Shown here piece after piece: positions 11,685 to 23,307 of a stretch of DNA of 64,000 nt. Each line of letters begins with the position of its first letter. The first letter of the stretch is position 1. The stretch lies in assembly GCF_018350175.1 (NCBI RefSeq), contig NC_058368.1, positions 61,940,001-62,004,000 of the forward strand, given 5' to 3'. Below the pieces are notes generated by a model. It saw only the letters and a list, made by a program, of their open reading frames with translations. It had not been told where the DNA came from and made no database searches. Origin of the DNA: Felis catus. Taxonomy: Eukaryota. The position numbers were made by a program, and so were the translations under genes.

Positions 11685-13650
11685 TATTTTAACTTTTTTA
11701 CTTTAAATAATATTTGATGTACTGAAAAGCTAAAAAGATAGTTCAGGGACTTCCCACTTGTCTCTCGTGTAATTTTGCCCAATAACATCTTATGTAACCC
11801 TTCTATACTAAACAAAATTAAGAAATAAACACAATAACAATATTATTAAATGATTTTACAGGATTCAACAGTTTTTCCACTGTGTTATTTTCTGTTCAAG
11901 TATCCGATTTAGGATGTCATGTCTTTGTGTCTCCTAAGCCCTCTCTGGTCTGTGACGGTTTCTTAGTCTTCCCTCAATGTTCATGACTGCTCAGGTATGA
12001 AAAAAATGTTTCTTTGTTTGGGTTTGTGTGATGTTTTATAATGATTGGACTGGTTTATGGATTTGGGGGAAGAATACCAGAGAGATGAAATGTCCTTCTC
12101 ATGGTACCATATGGGAAGGGATGGCATGATATCAACATGACTTAGTACTGGTGCTGTTAACCTTGATACTGTGAATAAGCTGGTGTCAGGTTTCTCTATG
12201 CTATTTCTTCCCCTTTCTAAACTCTGTTTATTAGAAGTGAGTAATTAAATCCATTATTTCTTGCTAAAAAGAAGCAAAATTTGGCTCTACTTCTCTGCAG
12301 GAAGTATCAAAGAATTTCTAGATATTTTTAAAGGACCACAATGTTTAATAAATGTTTTTGGGTTGATACTTCAAGAATATCCCAATATGTTGTTTTCCTA
12401 AAGTTTTGCCCACCAAAATGAACACTCACCTATGGATGTTGCCTGCAGAAATCATAAAATTTGGATTCTATGTTGATTTTCTGTTTCTTCATTTCTTCTA
12501 AATTCATTAATTGGAAATCTTTAAGGAAGATCTGTCCCTTCGCCTCCATTTATTTATGTATGAAATCATTTAATTATCTACATGGGCTCATAGATATGTA
12601 TTTTATTCTTTGGGTTATAGTCCAGTACTATTGTTATTTACATTCTTGGTCAAATTGATCCAAATTTAGCTATCAGGAGAGTTTTCCGCCTGGCTCCTGT
12701 GTCTCTCTGATGTGGTCATGTCCTTTTTATTTTTCTGCCACTACAACATGCCATAGGCTTATGTTCTATTTCTTTCACCACAGCCTCAGAATCAGCCGTT
12801 TCTCCAGTGATCCTAAATTCCCTTCTTTGAAGAACTGGATTTAGACTTTGAGACAAGGATGCTAGCTGTACTCACTGGTACTGGATTGTTGCTGTTTCTA
12901 AATTCACTGCTACTAGACTGTTGCTTCTTCTAGGCCACCTTGGCACATTGAGCTAAGATATATATGTATGTGTATTATCCCATACCCACACTTGGTTATA
13001 CTTACTTCTCCTTCTATCTGTATCTATATCTATATCTATACTAGAATAAACATGAGTTCACACTGATATCTCCAAACTTAATCCAGCACCATAGGGTTCA
13101 TTCACTTCCATTTATCTAGCCTCCTTAAATTTTTGTAACTTCTTTCTCAGAGCTAAATGGGGCTCCTATTGTCAACAATTTAATATTTCAATTAATATTC
13201 TTATATTTTGGGGCACCTTGGTGGCTAAGTCAGTTAAGCGTCCAGCTTTGGCTCACTGAGGTCATTCATGAGTTGGAACCTCCCACGGGGCTCTGTGCTG
13301 ACAGCTCAGAGCCTGGAGCCTGCTTCAGATTCTATGCCTCCCTCTCTCTTTGCCTCTCCCCGACTTACGCTCTGTCTCTGTCTCTCTCAAAAATAATCAT
13401 TAAAAACACATGAATATTCTTATATTTTCAGAATTCTTAATCCCTACTCCCGTAGTAACAAATTAACCAATTGAAGTATAGTCTTTATATTTTGTTTTTA
13501 ATTGTACAGTATTCAGTCAAAATGTTCTTTTCCAAAGTCATGTCTGTGTTGATTTTTTAAAAACTTTATATAGAATGAATTTTACTCTTTATAATGTGTA
13601 GGTTCTATGGATTTTAACAAATGCATAGAGATTATTATTTTCTGTATCAT
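11685..13650 (-). mobile_element. Old L1MC/L1MD-type 3' region, interrupted by a CanSINE
   Basis: GGATTTGGGGGAAGAATACCAGAGAGATGAAATGTCCTTCTCAT, ATATCAACATGACTT.TACTGGTG.TGTTAACCTTGAT and CATGAGTTCACACTGATATCTCCAA are typical L1MC 3' UTR blocks. Confidence 0.75.
13210..13412 (+). mobile_element. CanSINE nested in L1
   Basis: 16-bp TSD AATATTCTTATATTTT at 13194-13209 and 13413-13428. Confidence 0.95.
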
Positions 13651-15699
13651 TAGAGCAAGGGAGAATATTTGTGGGCAAAATTGGTAGCAATGAGAATAGT
13701 TTAAAAGTTATTTCTGTAGATTGTGGGAGAAATGATGGCAATTTTAACAAGATGGATTATTTCTGGATTTCCAGTGTCATTAATATTATATTCTCTTCCA
13801 GACAATCACAATGTTCTTATTTTTATGAGGAAGATTTTTTTTTTAAAAAAAAACTCAATGGAGAAGAGATTTAGTTTTCTAGTTTGGATGTAAACACATT
13901 TTAAATATGCCAGATATAGCCTTGTATTACCTCTTTCTTATTATATGTGGCAAGATGTGTGATATATTTGAAAGTAGAGCTAATATGCTTCATGGGTAAG
14001 CTGGGGGTGGTGGAGATGTGAAGTAAAGAGGTCATTTAAGAATACTTTCAAAGTTTTTATCTTAAATAAATGATGGTATCATTTAAAAGAGCTAATGAAT
14101 ACTTTTATAAATGGGGTGAACACATTTTGTTTTCTAAAACAACAAAAACAAAAATCATACAGATTAAATGAATAATGCAACTTTTAAATGCTAAAAGGTT
14201 TATTCTCCTAACTAAATATAAAAAAGAAAAACTCTGTAGTTAATTTTGTAGTCTCAATAAGTTTCTTCCATCTTCTAAATGTACAGTGTGGGAAAATGGG
14301 CTTACATAAGTATATTCTATTAATACATTTTCTGTCATTGGAAGGTTCTCTTACGTGCATTCTTTACAAATCTTGCTCTTCTAAGTCATATAAAATAGAA
14401 CTAATTTGTTAATTCTGCTCCTTTATCAGAAGGTACCTACTATAGTACAAGTATGGTAATTTTGAAAATACAAGATTTTCTTGATTCTTTCCTCCAAAGA
14501 CTACACAAACATTATCCTGATTTCAAACAAGCCTGAATCTGAGATGCTTCTGTTAGTAATTTCTCCTTTCAAGTAATAACCACAAAGCCATCAGACATAA
14601 ATGGAATATCAGAGGTCTGTTTGTTATCTGTTACCTACCATTCCCAGGTCCCTAGTATGCTACTGCCTATTTTTTCATTCACTTATCATCTATAACTATT
14701 AATCTTGCATACCTGATAGCAAACTTCAAATAAGAAGTAAAATGTTGTATTTCAACGTGCCTTGTTCTTTTAATTATCCAGTTTAATTTCTATTAATGTT
14801 CGCTTTGATTATATCATAACGGTTTGCAAAATTTTTCTTCGTGCTGCCCTTTATTGAAATAGCTACTTTTAATTGAAGCAGGAGAAAAACCTAAGAGGCG
14901 TCTGTTCCTTTAAATAATATTAAAAACTTATTTAAAAATAAATTAACAAGTCTCTGGTTTTACTAAGCTTTTGAATTGTTTAAACTGCTTGATTTTAATT
15001 TTAAAAAGATATTTGGCTGTTCAACATGGCGAGTTCTACCAGCCAGCAAAGGATAAACGGAGAGAGAGAATTTAAATGACTATATTTTTAACATTTTTTG
15101 AGGTTTTTTTTTTTTTTGAGGTCTGAGAAAATGGTTTGATGTCAGGACTTTCAATAAAAAGCAAAGATTAACAGTGTTTATGTAACTAAAGTCTGTACAG
15201 ATACTTTAGAAATAAAAATCATGTGAGAATATACATTCCTGATAAATCTATGTCTCTGGATCAGTGCGGAGATCAATGGTGATCATGATCTTTTGTGAGG
15301 CAATGGAGTGAAGTTTAGAAAAAACAATTAAATTTTCCAAGTAGGAGAACCATGTCATGGTATATGGAATGGGAAAAAAAAAAGGAAATGTGTATGAAAT
15401 AAAGAAGATTTTGTAGTCTATGCTATAAACAGTGCATTCAAAATGTCACTTTCAAGGGGAAAAAAATCTCTCCTGCTAATTAAGTACAACACAGAAATAT
15501 ATTCCTAAAAATTAAGTAATTCCTTTGCCAGTAATGCAATTAAAATATATCACCTTTGACAGAAAAACAAAATGTAAGTTGGGGGTGTATCTAGTATAAT
15601 CACTCTTAAGATTATTTATAGTCAAACTAGAAAATTATACCTATGTTTTATGTTTTGTTTTTTTTTAATTCTACCTTATAAAATTAAAACATTATAAAT

Positions 15700-15948
15700 T
15701 AAAAAGTCATGGGGATATATGTACAAGACGGTGACTATAGTTAATAATATTATATTGAATATTTGAAAGTTGCTAGGAAAGCATATCTCAAAAGTCCTAA
15801 ATCACAAGAAAAAACATTTTGTACTATGAATAGAATGATGTTAACTAGACTAAATGTGGTGATAATTTCTAAATATATATGCAAATACTGAAACATTGTA
15901 TTTTATACCGGAAACTAATATAATGCTATAAGTCAATTATACCTCATT
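15700..15948 (+). mobile_element. L1 3' end fragment (L1MA9/L1_Carn-like)
   Basis: GGTGACTATAGTTAATAATA...TTTGAAAGTTGCTA...GATGTTAACTAGACT...GAAACTAATATAATG..TCAATTATACCTCA. Confidence 0.85.
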
Positions 15949-16202
15949 ACACACACATACTTGCACTCCCCCCACGAACACACACATTATACATGTCTGA
16001 GAATATAATTTTAATTGTATTGCAAATCCAGAAGTAAGTTAACAAAATAAATTCTGAAATAAATTATTATATCATGAATCAATGCCTATAGAGGTAAGCA
16101 ATTTATCTTCTTTTCCTACTGCTTTATTCTAATCACACAAATATTTTTCAGAAAAAAGGATATATGATACCTTTAGGTTTAACACCATGATTTTATATTT
16201 CT

Positions 16203-16395
16203 TTTTTTGTTAATATTTATTTATTTTTTGGGAGTGCACAAGCAAGGGAGGGGCAGAGAGAGGGGGACCAAGGGTCTGAAGCGGACTCTGTGCTGACAGG
16301 CAGCAAGCCCGATGTGGGGCTTGAACTTCTGAACTGGGAGTCATGACCTGAGCCAAAGTCAGGCGCTCAACCAACTGAACTACCCAGGTGCCCCC
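16203..16395 (-). mobile_element. CanSINE
   Basis: 15-bp TSD TGATTTTATATTTCT at 16188-16202 and 16396-16410. Confidence 0.93.
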
Positions 16396-16752
16396 TGATT
16401 TTATATTTCTAAGGCGTGTTTAATTGACTAGAATTTTCTAGCTAAATTTTTTCTATATAATTGGAAAACAATGACTTCATGAGTATATGGTATCTTCCTA
16501 ATGTTAAAATTTACATCATCATTATTACTTATAATTTTTCAGATGCAACATTTAAACTTAAGCTTTTGAGGTATACTTTTAACTAATGATATTTAGTCAA
16601 TCTTTTAGTTTTGCATTAAGTACTTTTCATTTATTGCCCATAATGCCACATGAGTATGTCACCATTCTTCAAATTGATGACTTACTAATTTGTAATAAAA
16701 AGAAAAGAAAAAAACTTTTGATATAAATGTTATTAAAAAATTGACATGTTTA

Positions 16753-16965
16753 GGGGTGTCTGGGTGGCTCAGTTAGCTAAGCATCCAACTTAGCCTCAGG
16801 TCCTGATCTTGCGGTTTGTGAGTTCAAGCCCCACGTCGGGGTCTGTGCTGACAGCTCAGAGCCTGGAGCCTACTTCAGATTCTTTGTCTCCTTCTCTCTG
16901 TGCCCCTTCCCCACTCGTGCTCTGCTTCTCTCTGTCTATCAAAATATAAATTAACATTACATTTT
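16753..16965 (+). mobile_element. CanSINE (SINEC_Fc)
   Basis: GGGGTGTCTGGGTGGCTCAG head, GACAGCTCAGAGCCTGGAGCC body, CT-rich tail. Confidence 0.93.
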
Positions 16966-17882
16966 TTAATTGATACATTCAAAAGTTTGATTATGTATTT
17001 ATATCTAAAGATAAGGCAGACATTGTATAATTATTAAACCAGAACAGCAATACAAACTTAAGGCAGATATAGTGCATTTCCAAATGAATCACTATTCCTC
17101 CAAACAAAACCCAATTTGTGTATCTGGAAAGATTTAGAGCAAAACAGGTGCATGATATTTTTCAGGGTAAGAATAGCAATTCTAGGCTGATGGCAAGTGT
17201 TTTAGTAACCCTCCTTCACACCAACTTCTCAGCTGTACTAGGTCTCTATGTGCACTAAAGCCAGTTTGCAATTCAAGCAATTTCAGTATTTGGAGACCCT
17301 AAAACCTTTCATAGAGTACACACTTTTTGTGTTACAAAAGGTAGCAAAAAACTTGGGTATCTGTTTTGAAATACCTTAGCAAACATACTGCAAGGAAGTG
17401 AAATAAAACAACAACAACAACAACAAAAAACCTTGGGACAGTAGGAAGAGAGTGGAATTCAAAACGCAGTTGAGAGTTCGGGGGAGCAGTGCTAATTCAC
17501 CTGAATAGTTGCAAGAAGGTTGAACAAAACAGGTTACAGATGTGCTAAATCTCGACTCATGAGCAGAGAGCTTGCAAAAGGACATGGTAGTTAAGATAAA
17601 AGATGTCTTTGTGGGGCAAAGAAACGGAAATAAATCAACACCAGGTATTTAAGAGGTTAATTACAGCTCAGATATAAAATAGCACTGGAATAGAAGTTTA
17701 GAAATTAATCTCGATTTATTGAAAAGTAGTAAATAGTGGAATAATGAAATCAGGTTTGTGTTTAACTATGGCATTTAATAAATTCACTTCTCATAACTAA
17801 TATTTGTTGAGTGACTGTCATATGCAAAGCGCTATGAAGCTGTATTTTAAAGAAAAAGGAAAAGCACAAAACGATAGTGAAG

Positions 17883-18340
17883 TGTGGCACATTATGCCCC
17901 CAAATCTGCTACTTTGGCATGAGGATTATTTTGAGCTGAAAGCATTTAACAAAAGAGCATTCTAATCTTCCCTTTTCTTCCTGAAAATAGGAGATAAAAA
18001 CTCTTAGGTGAAAGATGCCCTCCTTGTTGCGGGGAAAAAAAAAATCTTTCATAGGGAGTTGAAACTAAGAAAATTCTGTACAACAGACTTCGTTAAGATA
18101 CTTCTTAATTTTCTTTAGCCTCCCATATATTTGTCACTTTTCCACAATTGCTTCTTTGTTCAACCTGGTATAAAAGCCACTAGTTTTGCCACTTCTTTGG
18201 GTCTTCATTATGGGAGCTCTGATGTCATGTAAAACTTAAATACATTTTATACCTTACCTTTATCCTGTTAATCTGTTTTATATCAGCTTAATTCCCACCC
18301 TCCCTTAGAGAGTGGAGGGGAAATTTTGCCTCTAAGACTA
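17883..18340 (+). mobile_element. MER34-like ERV1 solo LTR
   Basis: CCCCCAAATCTGCTACTTTGGCATGAGGATTATTTTGAGCTGAA start, TATAAAA box, CTTCTTTGGGTCTTCAT, TCCTGTTAATCTGT match MER34-family motifs. Confidence 0.75.
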
Positions 18341-18699
18341 ATATAATGGTCATCAAGATATTGGGGACCTTTGTAATTTAATGCCAATCTAACATCTGCA
18401 TAAATCTGCTAGTTAAACAAGTTTTTCAAAGCTTTTAACAGTGTACGAAATATACCATCATTTTCAAATAGTCCTAGGTCACATTTGGCAATAGATTTAT
18501 TGCACCCAGTTAGGAAAGGAGAAGCTTGTTTGTTTGCTTTCTATCTTTTGCTTTGTTTCTCTGTCTCTGGAGTTCTCCAGATTCAAAATATTTTTAAGTT
18601 GTTTCCTTCCTAAAGGCTCATCTCTCTTTTATACATGAAAAAAACATATATTTTCTAGTGAGAGATAAATTGAAAAGTGCAAAAAAATTTAACATTCCT

Positions 18700-19400
18700 T
18701 ATTTTTCCAATATTTATATAAATACTAGACTTGGTGCTTTGCACTCTGGGTAATATATTGAGCAGGAAAAACAAGATGCCTGCCCTAATAGAATTATACT
18801 TTAGTGTAGGAAACATAAAATAATGGAACAAATGACCAAAATAAAAATAGATTATTGAAAGCTTATGAAGGAAATGCTGTGATTCTGGGAGTGATACAGA
18901 ATAACAAGGAGGATGATCTCTTGGAAGGAACAAAATTTCAGCTGAGACCTTCAGGATGCTAGGGGCCAAGCAGGGGAAAACAGTGACCAGTGAATGCAAC
19001 AGGGAGAATGTGGCATGTCTGTTCTTGTAATTGCCAAAATTTACTGTGATCATAGGAGAGTGAATGAGTTAAGGAGTTCTCAGAGATGGAGTCAGCAAAA
19101 TGGGCTAGTAAGGATTTACAGGACCTGGGAAAAGTCTTCAAATACTTCTTAAGCATAACGAAAAATCATTTGTAAAGAATAATAATAATAATAATAAATT
19201 TAAAAAATTCTATCTGCTGAGTGGAGAGGCTGGAGAAAGAAAGGAGCAAAGCTGGATAGGAAGCCAGTGCACTCAGCTGAATAAGTAATGACATTGACTT
19301 TATAAAATTGTGGAGAGACAAATATGAGGATGCAGCACACAGATAATTTGGAGGTGATTCAAACAAAATTTGAGGGTTGATGGAACATGGATTTGAGGAT
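18700..19400 (-). mobile_element. L2 LINE 3' fragment
   Basis: CAAGATGCCTGCCCTAATAGAATTATACTTTAGT, CAGCTGAGACCT, AATGAGTTAAGGAG typical of antisense L2. Confidence 0.65.
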
Positions 19401-20533
19401 GAGTTCTTAGTCTGATTATACTGATCGTGAGGACAGATTCTTCTTTTTCCTAAGTTATATAATTAATTTTATGAAATATTCGCTGTAGCTTTTTCTGGGA
19501 AGGGTAACACCAGAGAATGTAAGGAAGATATTTCTCATTCACACCATTTATTAATAAACACAAAAGACCAATGATAACCAAAATGATTTTAGTTAAAAGT
19601 AGGAATTAGAGCAAAATATATCCTCCAAGGAATTCAAATGATTCTGTTGGCTATAGTACTAAATGAACAAATCAGAAAAAGTTAGCAAGAGTTAAAGATA
19701 ATTTCCTTGCCTAAAATAACAATGACTTCTCCCAGGAAGAAAGTAGAGGGGATTCTGACAAACCCTGTTGGTATCTCATAAGACTTCAAAATGGACTGTG
19801 TCGACCAGCCATGGAAAAATGGGAATCTCTTTCCTGAGAACCTCATTCCTCTGTGCAGACCAGCACATTACAGTGATTCATGGAAGGCTTTCAGTTTTAT
19901 ACTGAAAAGAAAAAAAAAAAAAAAAGAAATTAATATTAGCATGGGATCCATTGAATTAAAAGAACCCCATTGTTCTCCTATATCTACTCTCTGATTGTTT
20001 TCTTACTTTATTTCTAACTTTTGCCTGCATTAATTTTTCTCCTTTCCCTAGATTTGCTTTGCTGTTATTGTAACTTTTAGCTTTTTGAGTGAAATGAGGA
20101 GTGCATTTTTATTGTTTCAGTAATGAAATTACAGTGTGATGCTATCCTCCAAGTATAGATTTGGCCAATTCATATAGATTTTTCTGTGTACTTCTCTCAT
20201 GATTGGTATTTTCCAAATATTTTGTTTAAACCACTTTTATTATCCCACTGAATCAAAAACTACCTATGAAAAAGCTTTTTATTTCTAAATATTTGTTAAA
20301 AGATATTTTTATTTGTTCATTTTATTTAAATATCTGTAAGATTTTTTTTACTTTTTTTTGTATTTTGATTTTTTCAATATTGTCTGTGTTCATAGATAAG
20401 TTTTACTCTGAAAAACTCTGAAGCTGTATAATCTATGATCATTTGATTCTTTAAATCTTCACTTCTTTAAATATTCTAGAATCTCAAGCTGTCAATATTG
20501 GAAATGACAAGCTGTCATTTAAAATACATTTAA

Positions 20534-20740
20534 GGGGCATCTGGGTGGCTGATTCAATTGAGAATCTGACTCTTGATTTTGTCTCAGATCATGATCTCAT
20601 GGTTCATCAGTTGGAGCCGATCAAGCTCTGCACTGGCAGGGTAGAGACTGCTTGGGCTTCTCTCTCTCCCTCTCTCTCTGACCCTATCCTGCGCACACTC
20701 TCTTTCTATCTCTCTCTCAAGGTAAATACACATTTAAATA
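20534..20740 (+). mobile_element. CanSINE (older variant)
   Basis: GGGGCATCTGGGTGGCT head, GACTCTTGATTTT, CT-rich tail. Confidence 0.9.
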
Positions 20741-21222
20741 TATTTAAATCTATTTTAAAGGAGTACAATTGTGTACTTTTTTTCTATTTCCTCTGTCATT
20801 TGCTTCTACATGCTGTCTTGCTGGTATACTTCTGTGATTTTTTCTTCCCAGTCTAATAGAGTGAAAGGTTTAGAAATATTTCAGTGTGATTGTCACTTCA
20901 CAGCTTATCATTTAAAAAAATTAAAAAAAAAACCTAATTGCCTTCTGAGCTTTACTAATATTGTCAAATCTAATAGCAATATCTTCAAGTAAGATTAGAT
21001 CATAAGTACAGAATATTTAGACAAATACCAGTCATGGGATCATGGTGTATGGCAAAAAACAGCTTATTTTTAAATTTTTATTTTCTACATTATATTATTA
21101 GATGATAGGAAAACTAGAAGTTTTATCAAACATTTTTCAACAATTAATCAATTTATACCTTCAGAAATGAATAAAATAGAAGACAAGATAATAGTAGTAT
21201 TTTAAAAAGTAGAAAAAATTAT

Positions 21223-21431
21223 GGGGTGCCCGTGTGCTCAGTCGGTTAAGCATCTGACTTTAACTTAGGTCATGATCTTGTGGTTCATAAGTTCAAGTCC
21301 TGCATCAGGCTCTGTTCTGACAGCTCAGAGCCTGGAACTTGCTTCAGATTCTGTGTCTCCCTCTCTCTCTGCCCCTCCCCCCTCACACTCTTTCTTTCTC
21401 TCTCAAAAACAAAACATTTTAAAAAATAAAA
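21223..21431 (+). mobile_element. CanSINE (SINEC_Fc)
   Basis: 19-bp flanking repeat TAAAAAGTAGAAAAAATTA at 21203-21221 and 21432-21450. Confidence 0.95.
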
Positions 21432-21712
21432 TAAAAAGTAGAAAAAATTAAAGCCAAAGTTTTTTTTTCTCTTTAAGCATATTCTACCTGTTCATATGCA
21501 ATAAATTTTATGATATATATAAATCATTGACTTCTTAAAAATAGAAATCCATAATACACTCAAAATATTTAATTACAATAATAACTTTTGCAAAGTAGAG
21601 AGTTCTTTAATAAAAGTTACATATATTTATTGTGTACACATGATGATTTGATGTACATATACAGAGTGAATTAATATTCCATCACTTCACATAGTTACCC
21701 TTTTTTATTGTT

Positions 21713-22239
21713 TGTGGAGAATAAGTTTAGGAATTCCCTGAGCTTGCACCAATGGGTTAACAAGCCTTAGGACTAAAATGTCCGAGAATAGGTATACAGG
21801 TAAACAGGGCAAGAAACTACTACAGCAGGGCGGAATTGCCCAGAGGTATTTAGCAAAAGAAAACAGTACCTTGTTGACCCTGAGGTAGCATATTCTATCT
21901 GTCTTATCCCCCAGGCAAGTTAGGATAAACAGACATGGCACCTGGTGCCTGCCATAAACAGCTATCTGCTTGGTGCCAGGATTTTATATTGACTCAAAAC
22001 CCTAACACTGTGTATCTTCGAAACCCCCTTTCTCTCAACACACTTGAGTGAATGATCACTGTTTCATTGTCTCTTTCTGCATGTCCATCACGTTTATAAG
22101 CCTTCTGATCCTAACAAAAATGGAGCAAGGACCCTTACTCAGGCTCATGTCTCCTCCGCACATTAGTCTCTCTCATATTCAATTCTGCATCTGCTCTTTT
22201 CCTGGACAAGGGAGTACTCCAGACTCAAAGTCTGCGGCA
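21713..22239 (+). mobile_element. Endogenous retrovirus solo LTR (527 bp), ERV2/beta-like by TSD length
   Basis: TG...CA termini (TGTGGAGA...TGCGGCA), TTTATAA box near 22093, flanked by ATTGTT (21707-21712) and ATCGTT (22240-22245); host L1 is continuous across it. Confidence 0.85.
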
Positions 22240-23088
22240 ATCGTTATTGTGGTGACAGCCCCTAAATCTATTCTCTTAACAAATTCCCAGTATTCAAATC
22301 AGTATTATTGACAATAGCCATTATACTGTACACTAAATTTTGAGACCTATTCATCCTATGTAACTGAAGCTTTGTGCTCTTTGATCAACATCTCCCTATT
22401 TCCCCACCTCTCTGTCCCTGGTAATCACTATTCTCTTCTCTACATCTGTATGTTTGACATTTTTAGATTTTACATATAAGTGAGATCATACAGTTTTTGT
22501 TTGTTTGTTTGTTTGTTTTTTCCTGTGTGTCTGGCTTATTTCACTTAGCACAATGTCCTCAAAGCTCACCAATGTTGTTATAAGTGGTAGGTTCTTTTTT
22601 ATGGATGAAGAGTACTCTCTTGTACAGATATACCACATTTTCTTTATCTATTCATATGTTGAGGAAACTTAGGTTGTTTCTATATCTTAGTTATAAATAA
22701 TGATGCAGTGAACTTGGGGATGCAGATATCGTTTCAAGGTTTTGATTTCATATCCTTTGGGTATTTGTCAGAATAGGGATTGTTGGATCATGTGGTAGTT
22801 CAATTTTTATTCTTTCGAGGAATTCCTTCACTGTTTTCCTAAACAGCTGCACAATATTACTATCCTACCAAGAGCCTATAAGAGTTCCCTTTTCTCTGCA
22901 TTCTTGCCAATACTTGTTATCCTTTGTCTTTTTGATGATGGTCATCCTAACAGGTTTGAGATGATATCTCATTGTGGTTTTGATTTGCATTTCCTTGATG
23001 ATTAGTGATACTGAGAGACTTTTTGTGTATCTTTTGGCCTTTTGTATGTCTTTGGAAGAATGTCCTTTCAGATGCTTTGCCCATTTTT

Positions 23089-23307
23089 TTTTAATTTTTT
23101 TTTTCAACGTTTATTTATTTTTGGGACAGAGAGAGACAGAGCATGAACGGGGGAGGGGCAGAGAGAGAGGGAGACACAGAAGCGGAAACAGGCTCCAGGC
23201 TCTGAGCCATCAGCCCAGAGCCCGACCCAGGGCTCGAACCCACGGACTGCGAGATCGTGACCTGGCTGAAGTCAGACGCTTAACCGACTGCGCCACCCAG
23301 GCGCCCC
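23089..23307 (-). mobile_element. Young CanSINE (SINEC_Fc) nested in L1
   Basis: CpG-rich body; 15-bp TSD GCTTTGCCCATTTTT at 23074-23088 and 23308-23322. Confidence 0.98.
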
